Shown here: positions 49,798 through 60,554 of the stretch, piece by piece
Numbering within the stretch: position 1 is the first letter of the stretch
Layout: the number at the start of each line of letters is the position of its first letter
Assembly (NCBI GenBank): GCA_033560715.1
Contig: CP138194.1
Coordinates: 283,494 to 347,493, forward strand
Direction: 5' to 3'
DNA: 64,000 bases
Source of the DNA: Mycoplasmatota bacterium
GTDB lineage: Bacteria > Bacillota_I > Bacilli_A > Mycoplasmatales > MT37
Position numbers and translations under genes: made by a program
The notes under the pieces: model-generated
The model's database searches: none
Told to the model about the DNA's origin: nothing
What the model saw: only the letters and a program-made list of their open reading frames with translations

Positions 49798-50958
49798 TTA
49801 TCTGGAAAAAATTATCACCATTATTATTACTACTACTACAATGTAAAAAAAGTTTTGTATGACAACTTTGTTTTTTCTTGTTTTGTGTTTTTTGTTATAA
49901 CACTCTTTACAAAAAAGAGTATTGGTTAATGGTCTTATTCCAAATTTTAATAATTCGCTTTTTGGAAATGTATTAAAACATTCGTTGCATTTTCCTGTTC
50001 TTAATTTTAAGCGTTTTTGTCCTTTAGATTCTAAAATATTAATTAAAACTTCTTGTCGTTGTGATTGTAAATTTATTTCATATTTAATTGTTTGTATCAT
50101 TTTTAATTTTTCTGTTAATTGATCTTTGGTGATTGGTTTCAATTTATCTAACTGTTCTTCCATTTGTTTAACTTTGATCTTTGAATTGTTTAATTTTTTG
50201 GTGAAAAATGGTATTGTTTTTGAAATAATATTACTACAATATCGTTCATATATGTTGTGTTTATTATATTCTGTTGTTAATACTTTACTATCTTGCATAT
50301 TCATTCAATTATCAAAGTCTTTTATTTGTCAATAAATTCATTCGTTCATTACTTCGTTGTTTTTTAAAGCGTTAATAATTGTTTCTTTTCTCTGTTGTGA
50401 TTTTTTTATTTTTTGTTTTTCTACTTTCTTTATTAAAAGTTCGTCTTTTGAATAACGAATATATCTCATATATTTGAATTCATAATTGAATATTCCATTA
50501 AATCCTTGCCTTTCAGAGTTGTATTTGGTTATATATGTTTGTTCTTTTTCTTCAATTGTGAAAATATCTAAATTTTTATAATTAGGAATAAATTCTAAAA
50601 TTTCAAACTTAACATTTTCCAAACTTAAATTAAACTCTATTAATTTCATAAATAATTTTTGATAAAAAGCATAATTAGCACTAACCGAATTGAATTTAAT
50701 AAAATTAATTAAATAATTTGTAAAATTTTTATATTCGCCCGTATCTTTAATCAAACGTTTATCGTTATTTAATGTCGCATTAATTAATGTTTTATGTTTG
50801 CTTAATCTAGCATAAATATTAACACTTATACCAATATACGATTGTTGATTTTGTGTTTTGGGATTGGTTATGAAAATTCTATAAATTCCGCTGGATTTTA
50901 ATTTGGTCTTTGTATCTTTATCTAAATTATGTAATTCAATTAAATTAAATGTATTCAT
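49798..50958 (-). CDS. I-TevI-like GIY-YIG homing endonuclease with C-terminal CxxC..CxxC zinc ribbon and hydrophobic tail
   Basis: ORF-track fragments 50338..50958 and 49798..50304 are in one frame joined by three TGA codons (386 aa). GIY at aa 24-26, YIG at aa 41-43, and ARLSKH. FEILEFIPNYKNLDIFTIEEKEQTYITKYNSERQGFNGI resembles the I-TevI catalytic-core end. Also has CNEC..x19..CKEC. Confidence 0.8.
49932..49955 (+). repeat. Decayed CRISPR repeat beyond the trailer, inside the GIY-YIG ORF
   Basis: GTCTTATTC-CAAATTTTAATA matches GTCTTATTC[AGTTAC]CAAATTT-AATA, that is 20 ordered matches with a 6-nt deletion and a 1-nt insertion. The reading is confirmed by ORF-track protein 49922..50122 (..NGLIPNFNN..). 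Confidence 0.6.
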
Positions 50959-51097
50959 TTTTTGATTTTTCTTTTTCTGTAAAACTAATTTTAATTTTAT
51001 GTTTAAAAAGTGAAAAAATAATATTTCATGAATTAATTGCTAAAAAAAATTAAATATTACCATAAACATACTTTAAAAAGTTAATGAAATTAGGTAA

Positions 51098-51126
51098 TAA
51101 TTGCATTATTAAATTGCTGAATTTAA
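51098..51126 (-). repeat. Weak repeat-like segment in inverted orientation at the cas9 stop
   Basis: The - strand reads GATTAAATTCAG-CAATTTAATAATGCAAT against repeat ..TTATTCAGTTACCAAATTTAATAGAAT. Matches are ATTCAG plus ATTTAATA. The sequence is AT-rich, so this could be chance. Confidence 0.3.
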
Positions 51127-51127
51127 T

Positions 51128-54100
51128 CTAGATAACTTTACCTAATAAATCGACCTCTATTAATGATCATTTATTTTTGAAAAGATTAGAAACGCTATCA
51201 ACAGAATTATTAAAATTAAAAATTTTTTGTGTTTTGTCAGTCGATTTTGTAAGAGAATTAACTGATAAGTAAGCTTTTTTTTCATCTTTTCTGGAAAAAA
51301 AGCATTTCACAATATATTTGCCGTTTTTTTTAAGATTTTTATTATAAATTTTATTGTCGTAGTATTTAATTAATTTATTATGAAGTAATATTTTGGAATA
51401 ATCTTGAAATAAATTTTTGTTTTTTTTGGCATCATAAATAGAAATTCATTCATATTGATTTTTTTGTTGATTGCTGGAATCTAATTTTTGTAAAGGTGTT
51501 TTTAAGCCATAAAAACGTTTAATTTCAATAATATTACCAACTTTACCATCAACATTACCTGATGTTATAAATGGTTTAGATTTATTTTTTGGATCTTTTC
51601 AATTACAAAACTCAATTATTCAATTATTAAAATAATCATTACTAAAATAAATGTTATTTATTTGGTTTTTGGCATCTGTGTAAGTAATTTTATTATTTCG
51701 CAATCATAAGCGAAATAGTTTATTTTTTGATTTTTCTAAAATAGTTTTTTTTGGATTCGGTAATCCATTCAAAACAAAACCTAAATTTTCACTACTTGAA
51801 ATTTGACCACGGACTTTGTAACGCACCATTCGTGAAATGTGTGGATAATGCAAATCAATATTAGTAGTATCTAAATCTTTGGTTGCAATTTTTCATTCTT
51901 CTTCATTTAAAACATTAACATATTTTGGTAATTTACGACTCCCATTACAGTTTTGACATGCTAAATTTAGAATTTTTTTAGTTTCGGTATCAAAACACTT
52001 ACAATCAAGAATTTCTAATTCGACTGGAATACGCTTTTCTAATTGGTTTTGAAAATCATCAATGTATAAATTATTAACAAATTGATTTTTCCGATCAGCT
52101 AAATAAATTCTTTCCATGTATTCGTTAACATTGTAAAAACGTTTTTTTTGATCGTTTTTCGAAGCTGTTTTTAACGTTTTAATTTTATTTTTAATACTTT
52201 CCATAAACGCATTTTTATTTGCTAAAGCATTTGTTAATTTAGTTGGATTTCCTTCTGATTCAAATCGGTCAATTGCGGTTTTTAAATCTTTTAATTTAAT
52301 TAAATCAACTGCTAATTCAATATCCATTTTCTTTTTAAATTGACATAAAATACTTGCATCAATTGCATGATGGAATGGAGAAATATCACGTACTTTTTGA
52401 TCTAATCCTCAAGCAGAAGACGCTAATCATTTACGACGTAAACGTGATATCACTTGACCAACAACCGCAAAAACATTCGTTTTGATTTGGTGATTTTTAA
52501 ATTCTGATAATAAATAATTGTGAATGTATTTTGAAATGTAACGAGTGTCATTTAAATTACGACTAGCAAAGCCTTCGACTGCTTCTTCGACCGTTTTTGC
52601 TAATAAATAATTCGTTTTCGTTTTACCTAAATAATTTTCTAATTTATGAATTCGCATTGTAAATGTTTTTCAATTATTTTTTAAATATTGATACGGAATT
52701 TGTTGACCTTTTTGCTGATTTTCTTCAGTTAAAACCAAAACTTTATTATTTCGACTATCATCAGCACTTCAACTACGAGGAATAATATGATCGATTTCAA
52801 CCATTTTATCGACTGGATTAATATCTTTTAAATCAATTGTTTTTCCAGAATAAATGCATTGTTTGTTTTGTTGTTCTCAAAGTAAATAAGCTAAAATCGT
52901 TTTTTGATTTTGAGGAATATTGTTTTCTGCAAGTTTTTGAATTATTGCAATTTTTTTCTTTAAGTTTTTATCTTGTGCTTGTTCAATTTTATTACGATCT
53001 TTGGCTGATTTATAAATATCACGTCCAACTTCAACAGCAATGTTTTCAAATTGAGTGTATTTTTTATGTAATGCTTTTAAAATTAGTCGGGTTTGATTAA
53101 TTGCTCGAAATACAACTGGATTTGATGTCATTTCTAAATCAGTAAATTTAGCAAATAGTTTTTTTGAATTGCTATTTTTTTTAAATCGGGTTTGAATAAC
53201 TTCGTCTTGTTGTTTAACTTTTTCAGCTTGAAAATCAGCAAAATTAATTCCTTTTAAATACGCTTGAATGGCTTCTTTCATAAATTGGAAAGATACATTG
53301 GCAGGAGAAGTGACTAACTTTGGTGATAAAAATTGATTCATTGTTTTTGCATCAAATTTAATTTGAAATTTATTTAATAAATTTTCAATTGCTTTTTTAC
53401 GACGATGCGGCGTTATTCAACGACTAGTAAATGATCCAATTTGAGAAATTAAATTCTTTTCTCATTGATCAATGTTTTTTTCATTAATAGTAATTTTAGT
53501 TAAAAAGGGTTTTAAAGTTGAAGTTTCTCAACATGTTTTAAAAAAACTTGGGCGTTTTAATTCTAAACCACTTGATTTTTCACTTTGTCAAATTTTAATT
53601 TTTTTTGAATCGAGCAAATCTTTGTTACCATGAATTTTTCAAGCTGCACTTGCTTGAATGGCAATTTGAATTAACTTAATTGCTGCACGACGATCTTTTC
53701 AATCACTAGTTAACATTTGTTGTAAAACAGATTGTTTTTCAGTTGGAGTTAAAATTAATTTATGATTAGCTAAAATATTTCAAATCTTTGATAATTCATT
53801 AACATAATAGAAAACAGTAAATAAAATTGAAGCTTTCGTTCCACGATTTTCGGTTGGATAAAAATGACATTTTCCAGTCATATCTCAAAAAATACCAAAA
53901 TTTGAACAGTGTTTGTTTTTGCATTTGTGAAGTTGATTTTGATATGAATCAGGTGAATCAATCATTACTTTAGTACAATCATTACATTTCGCTCCCATTT
54001 CAAAATCACGACTTTGAAAAATAATTTTAATGATTTTTTCGCAATTTTCATTTGTTAATTCTTTCGGATAATATTGTTTTTGTTTTGATAAAATTGTTTT

Positions 54101-54916
54101 TGCTTCGTTTTGATAATCTTGGCGATCAAATAAATGACGAAAATTAATTCGTTTTGATAATTCATCACGTTGTTTTTTATCAATAACACTATTAACATCA
54201 ATATATTTTTTATATTGATCAGATTTAGATTTTTTATAAACTAATTTTGAACTATTTTTTGTAAATAAAATTCGGGTTGTTTTTGATGCTGATAAATGAA
54301 ATTGTGAATCTTGAATAACTGCTTTTGCAATTGATTGGTATTTTTTAATTAATTCCGAAGCTTTATTAGCTGAATCAGTTAATTTGGTTGTTTTCGCTTT
54401 TGTTGTTTTATCGTCTTTGCTTTGATTTTCATCATTTTCCAAACTAAACTTATCAGCATAACCACGTTTTTTGGCATAATTAATTAAAACGACATACAAT
54501 TCGTCTTTACTTAATTTATAATCTAATCCCTTTGCTTTTAAAACATACGGATTAAAATAACCGGATTCAGTTGTTCATTGATTGTTTTGAAACACAATTT
54601 TATTAGTTACTTTAAATTGGGTTTGAAAATTATCAATAAACGCTTGTTTATCAAATAAATTAATTTGATTAAGATGGCGTTTTAACATTTCTAAACGATG
54701 GAAACGTCGACGAATTAAACGTCGCGTTGAACGAAATTCACGGCGTTTAGTTGCTAAAGAAGTTTTTGTTTTACTTTCTTCAGCCACATCAAATAAACGC
54801 ACACCAAAATCATGCAAAGTGTGTTTGCCGGTTGTAACATCTTCGGCCATTACTGCTCAACCAACCGAGCTAATTCCTAGATCTAATCCAAGATAATATT
54901 TTAAATTTTTTGTCAT
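51128..54916 (-). CDS. cas9: CRISPR-associated endonuclease Cas9 (type II-A), 1262 aa
   Basis: AAAGAGG SD then ATG at 54914-16: [22 protein letters not shown] (RuvC-I). Fragments 54575..54850, 53885..54499, 52877..53341, 52427..52657 and 51893..52327 share one frame. HNH is [20 protein letters not shown], followed by NDTRYISKY and HHAIDASI (RuvC-III). I translated every codon from 51892 to the TAG at 51128-30 and found no TAA/TAG. Confidence 0.92.
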
Positions 54917-54936
54917 ATAAAAACCTCTTTAAATCA

Positions 54937-54968
54937 CTAAATTAAGGTTTAATTTAGTTTTATTTTTT
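54937..54968. terminator. AT-only hairpin between argS and cas9 with a T-run on the + strand
   Basis: CTAAATTAA-GGT-TTAATTTAG (9 bp) followed on the + strand by TTTTATTTTTT. On the - strand it sits between the argS stop and the cas9 SD. Confidence 0.35.
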
Positions 54969-55015
54969 AATAATAAATTTATTTTAACAGAATTAATAAT
55001 TGAACTAAAAATAAT

Positions 55016-56665
55016 TTACATCTTTTCCGGTGTTGAGATTTTAAACAAATTAAAAATATTAACAAACACTTGACAAAATGCTTTTGTCAAAGCAAGACGT
55101 TGGATTTTTAAATCGTTATCAATTGCGCTGTTAATTCGATTATTTTCGTAAAAACCATTAAAAGTACGACATAAATATTGCACATATTCAATTAAAACAT
55201 ACGGCTCAAAGTTTTGGGCCGCTTTTTGAATATGATTCGTAAAATCATTCAGACTCAAAATTAATTTTTGTTCGGTTAAAGTATCAAGTAAATGATATTG
55301 ATCAAGTAATAAATTTGATTTAATTAAATGTTTGTGTTTGATAATTAATTGACACGCTCTTGCATAAGCGTACTGACAATAAAATAACGGATTTTTCAGC
55401 GTGCGTTGTTTAATTAAATCTAAATTAAACGTAAATTTATTGTTGCGTTTTGATGAAAGTAACATAAATTTCATAAAATCATTGCCAACTTCTTTTAATA
55501 AATCATGAATGTAAAATGCTGTTCCTTGTCGTTTTGACATTTTTAAAGTTTCTTTTCCGCGTACAATTTTAACCATTTGCATTAAATTAACGTAGTAATT
55601 TTCAGCTGGATAATTTAAAACTTTTAAAGCTTTTTGAATCTTTAAATAATGGGCATGATGATCAGCACCTCATAAATCGATACAGTAGTCAAATTTGCGG
55701 TCGAATTTATCTGCGTGATACATTAAATCACCAAAAAAATAGGTTGCTTCACCATTACTTTTAATCAATACAAAATCATTTTCACCATCAATTTTAAATC
55801 ATAAAGCACCATCTTTTTTATAAAGCAAATCTTTTAATTTTAATTTATGTAAAAAACGTTTTTCATAATTATTAGTAAACAATTCAGATTCTTTAAATCA
55901 ACGATCAAAACGAATATTAAGTGATTCGCAAAGAGCTTTAATTTTTGGTAAAAAAAACTGTTTTCCAAACGTCATAAAAGTTGTTTGTAACGTTTTATTT
56001 TTGAAAAAATCTTTTTGTAAATATCGTGTATCAACATTTGTCACTAATTGTTTTGCCGCTTGATCAATTTCAGCATTGACGTAAATTTCATCATCTTGAT
56101 GTGCAATTGGTTGTTTTAATTGTTTACAATAAGCGTAATAAATACTTTTTGCTAAATTATAAATTTGTTTACCTTGATCATTAATGTAAAATTCACGGTA
56201 AACTTTGTAATTAACAAATTCTAAAATGTTTGAAATCGCCATTCCTAAAATCGCATTACGGGCATGACCAATATGCAAATAACCAGTCGGATTAGCGGAA
56301 ATTCATTCATAATTTACCGTTTTTTGTTGCCCTAAATCAATTCTTCCAAAATTAGCACCATTTTTGAGAATGTTATTAATGATCGAATTGCGAAAATCAA
56401 TTGTAAATTTAAAATTTAAATAACCATCTTGATATTTAACTGATGTTAAATTGTGGTTAGCAAAATTAATTTGTTTGATAATTCGTTTGGCAATTACTGC
56501 TGGTTGTTTTTTAGTTTGTGAAGCAATTATCATTACCAAATTACTACAAACATCAGTTTGATGAATTGATTTTAAATCAATTCAAACTAAAAATTTGCTG
56601 GGAATTTGATACTTTAATTGTTGACAAGTTTCAATCAAAATTTGATGGGTTTTTTGAACTAGCAT
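55016..56665 (-). CDS. argS: Arginine--tRNA ligase
   Basis: Fragments 56303..56539, 55898..56278 and 55016..55582 are in one frame from ATG at 56663-65 (549 aa). HIGH motif [11 protein letters not shown] and KMSKS-like MSKRQG. Confidence 0.9.
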
Positions 56666-56689
56666 TTTATTTTATATAATCAAAGTATT

Positions 56690-57652
56690 TTAATAAGTAT
56701 TACTTGAAGTTTTATCGCTATAAATAATTGTTCCTTTACGTCCAAGAATGGCTTCGAGTGAATCATTTAAGTGAGCAATAATTGCTTGTTTAGTTGGATT
56801 TTTTGAAACGAAATCCATTGCAGCTTGAATTTTTGGCAACATTGATCCTGGTGAAAATTGATTATCATCAATGTGTTTTTGCAACTCTTTTAAACTAACA
56901 CGATATAAATTTTGTTCATTTGGTTGATTGTAATTAATACTTACATATTCAACCGCTGTTAAGATAATAAATTTATCAGCAATAATTAATGATGCTAATT
57001 TTGCTGAAGCATTATCTTTGTCAATTACACCGGCAATTGGTTTTAATTCAAAATCATCACGGAAAACTGGAATTCCACCACCACCACACGCAATTACGAT
57101 GTTGTTTTGATTTAATAATTCATTAATAACTGATTTTTCAACAATATCAATTGGTTTCGGTGAAGGAACAAAACGTCTTCAACCACGACCAGCATCTTCT
57201 TTAACCACTCAGTTTTTGACTGCTGCTAAACGTTTTGCTTCTGCTTCGGTGTAAAAATTACCGATTGGTTTGGTTGGATTACGAAACGCCGGATCAGAAC
57301 GATGAACTTCAACGTGTGAAACAACACTGATTGCATTAATGTGATGTAAATTACGCCGCGCTAATTCGTTCATAATAGCGTTTTGTAAATGAAATCCAAT
57401 GTATCCTTGGCTCATTGCGGTTGCTTCTGGTAAATCCAAATTAGGAATTTTGCCGTTGGTTTTTTGATTCGCTTCGCTAAAAGCTAAATTAATCATTCCA
57501 ACTTGCGGACCGTTACCGTGACAAATTAAAACACGATGCCCGTTAACAACCAAATTAACAATTGATTGAGCGGTTTTTTTAACTGCTTGTTTTTGTTCGT
57601 TAGGCGTATTTCCTAGTGCATTTCCGCCCAATGCAATAATGATTTTTTCCAT
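56690..57652 (-). CDS. arcC: Carbamate kinase
   Basis: Fragments 57209..57652 and 56690..56884 are in frame (320 aa). N-terminus MEKIIIALGGNALG...ICHGNGPQVG. Confidence 0.9.
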
Positions 57653-57758
57653 TTTTTTTATATAATTATCTCCTTTTATATTCTAATAAAAATTTAAAAA
57701 CCAATCACAAAGTTGATTAATTTTTAAATTTAATTATTGAATTTAAACTTTTAATTCT

Positions 57759-57791
57759 AAAATAGGAGAGATTTAACACCTCTCCTATTTT
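57759..57791 (-). terminator. Perfect 12-bp hairpin between the transporter gene and arcC
   Basis: AAAATAGGAGAG-ATTTAACAC-CTCTCCTATTTT. The stem ends in a U-run on either strand. Only - strand genes flank it. Confidence 0.5.
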
Positions 57792-57827
57792 ATATCGATA
57801 TTTTAGTTTTTCGTTGTTAACTTAAAA

Positions 57828-59528
57828 CTAGAAAATTTTTCCGTCGGTAATTGCTCCACCGATTACAATCATCACAATTCCAGCAACAAATGCTAATCCT
57901 AAGAAGGATCCAATTGATTTAAAGAAACGTGAGAATGAAATTTTCGTAATTCCGATCGCACCAACAACAACAGCGTAAGTTGGTACAAACATGTTTGCAA
58001 ATCCGGCTCCCATTGCATAAGCAGTAACTGTACCACTTAAAGCTGCTGGAGCGGCAGACGCAACTGATGTTCCAAGTACTGGGAAAGCAGCGTTTGCTAA
58101 TCCAGAAGTTGATGGAATTAAGAATGTTAATGGAATGAATAAGAAGTAAGAAATTAACGGAATAACAATATTCTGTTGCGTTTTAATACCTTTTAATATG
58201 TTTCCTAATTTTTCCGAAAAGTAAGTTTGCATTCCGGTTTTTGCCATAATTACCGAAATACCACGTGAAATTCCCACGGCAAAAGCAACACTAATCATGT
58301 CTTTTGCACCAATGTTAATTCCTTCCATTATTTCAGTTTCACTATTACGGTTAATAATTGCAATTGTAATACCAGAAATTAAAAACAAACTAATAATTGC
58401 AATTCAATATCATTGTCCTCATACAAAAGCATCACCACCAAAACTATTTAAAACATCATTATTATAAAATCACATCGTTGCTTTTTTAGATGAAAAATTA
58501 TCAAAATTAAATTTTGCAATTTTTCCAATATTAACTGTTGGATCATCGTAATATTTGTAATATGGTACTGTTTTTGAATCCATTATTTTATCTCATTGCA
58601 TCATTCCTAATACCATAATAATAAATGTAATGAGGAATAATACAGAAGTGATAATACGACGTTTTGTCAAAGTTGGCAATTGTGCGTCAGCCATTCCAAA
58701 TTCTTTTTTGTGAATTTCAAACATATCAGCAAATTTCGCTTTACTTTGATTTAACTTCACTTTAAATGCGTATGTCATCACAAAGAAAGCTGTCATTAAT
58801 GATAATACTCCTCAAGTAATTCATCTTCAAGCAACACCATCGTTAGTAGCTCCATCGATTATAGCCTTAATTTCAGAAGATGCATTCTTTGCTCCATCTT
58901 TCATAACACTATTGGCAGCTAAAACAGAGAAAGGATTAATCGTTGAGGCCATTACTCCAATTCCGGCTCCAGCAAACACAATTAAAAATCCAGTTCACAT
59001 ATCAAAACCAGCAGCAATTGTTAATGGAATAATAATTGCATAAAAAGCTAATGATTCTTCGGCCATTCCATAACTAGTTCCACAGAATGCAAAAAACATT
59101 ACTAATGGAAAAATTAATCAAGTATGACGGAAAAATTCGCCAATTGTTGATAAGTAGTATCGAATACCAGATTTATGTGAATGATCATTTAAAGTAGTTC
59201 CTTTTAATTTCAAACCTAAACGACCCATTACTGCTTCTAAAGCTTGTGATTTAACAACAAAATAAATAAAAGCTCCTAGCACAAATAGGAATATGATGAT
59301 TCAAATCCCATTTTTCATTCCAGCGATTGGTGCCGCAATTCATGATAATATTCCAGCTCCAAGAATTGGTTTGGTTACTCCTTTTGAGTCAGTATAAGTT
59401 ACACCACTATATGCTAAAACAAGTGAAACAACACCCATTAGAACAATAATAGCAAACAACAGGGTAAAAACGTGTGGCATCCGAAAACGCGATCAAAAGT
59501 TTTTCCCTTTTAAACTATTCATATTCAT
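57828..59528 (-). CDS. YfcC/DcuC-family membrane transporter in the arc cluster (putative arginine/ornithine exchanger)
   Basis: Fragments 58593..58796 and 57828..58388 plus upstream sequence form one frame from ATG at 59526-28 (566 aa). Many hydrophobic spans. Located between arcB and arcC. Confidence 0.7.
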
Positions 59529-59554
59529 AGTTTTCTCCTTTTTTTGTATTTTTT

Positions 59555-60550
59555 TTAGTTTCCAATCGTAGCGACCATAATTGCTTTAATTGTGTGCAAA
59601 CGGTTTTCAGCTTCTTGAAAAACGACTGAATGTTTTGATTCAAACACTTCATCACTTACTTCCATTTCGGTGATGCCAAATTTTTCGGCAATTTTTTTTC
59701 CAACTTCAGTTTCAGTATTGTGGAAAGCTGGTAAACAATGTAAGAAAATTACATCGTCTGCCGCTTGGCGTAAAACTTCCATTGTTACTCGATATGGCGA
59801 AAGTAATTGAATTCGTTCTTCTCAAACTGCTTCGGGTTCACCCATTGATACTCAAACATCAGTGTAAATTACATCTAAGTTTTTTGCACCTTCCATAACA
59901 TTATCAGTGATTGTCAATGATCCGCCACTGGTTGCAGCAAAAGCTTGACATTGATTAATTAATGTATCACTTGGTCATAATGAACGTGGAGCAATTAAAA
60001 CGAAATCCATTCCCATTTTTGTTGCACCAATCATTAACGAATTAGCAACATTGTTGCGTCCGTCGCCAAAGTATCCGAAACGGATGTTTTTAAGTCGTTT
60101 TTTGTGTTCTAAAATCGTCAAAAAATCCGCTAAAACTTGCGTTGGATGATATTTGTCAGTTAATCCGTTTCAAACCGGCACATTTGCATGATCAGCTAAT
60201 TCTTGGCAAATTTCTTGACTGTATCCACGGAATTGAATTCCGTCAAACATACGCCCAAGTACTCGTGCTGAATCAGCAGCTGATTCTTTTTTCGCAAATT
60301 GTGATCCTTGTGGACCTAAATACGTAACGTGCATACCTTGATCAGCAGCACCAATTTCAAAAGAACAACGCGTTCGAGTTGAATCTTTTTGGAATAATAA
60401 ACAAACATTTTTTCCTGTCAGTTTTTTAACCTCTGTTCCTGCGTATTTAGCAGCTTTTAAATCTCTTGATAAATCAAGTAGATAAGTGATTTCTTCGGGT
60501 GTGAAGTCTAATAAAGTTAAAAAACTTCGCCCACGTAAATTAAATGGCAT
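59555..60550 (-). CDS. arcB: Ornithine carbamoyltransferase (catabolic context)
   Basis: Fragments 60170..60550 and 59555..59782 are in frame (331 aa). Contains STRTRCSFE and HCLPAF motifs. Confidence 0.92.
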
Positions 60551-60554
60551 AATC

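Noticed and set aside
49798-49860. Hydrophobic C-terminal run FFYIVVVVIIMVIIF of the GIY-YIG protein, considered as a genuine membrane anchor.
   Set aside because: It is encoded by simple repeats (TACTACTACTAC, ATTATTATT) in the stretch between the last CRISPR repeat and the relic repeat. It is more likely an accidental read-through extension than a functional TM helix, so no membrane localisation is claimed.
49809-49910. Search for two further decayed repeats at the positions expected from the 66-nt period (about 49809 and about 49875).
   Set aside because: No convincing similarity to the repeat at those positions. Only the 49932 relic stands out.
51095-51180. Second possible anti-repeat on the + strand at the cas9 stop (ATTATTAAATT-G-CTGAAT), as an alternative tracrRNA.
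   Set aside because: It cannot pair with the first 5 nt of the repeat, the guide-proximal end that must be duplexed. It needs a 5-nt gap and lies antisense inside the cas9 coding end. It is not followed by convincing hairpins or a terminator. AT-rich 9-mers match by chance. It is kept only as a weak relic-repeat feature.
54899-54916. Apparent frameshift at the very start of cas9: the SD-linked ATG seemed 1 nt out of frame with the RuvC-I motif, next to a homopolymer run.
   Set aside because: On recounting the T/A runs, the ATG falls at 54914-54916. That position is in frame with ORF-track fragment 54575..54850, and 54916-51128+1 = 3789 nt = 1263 codons. The frameshift was my counting error in a homopolymer. 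It deserves a machine check but not a claim.
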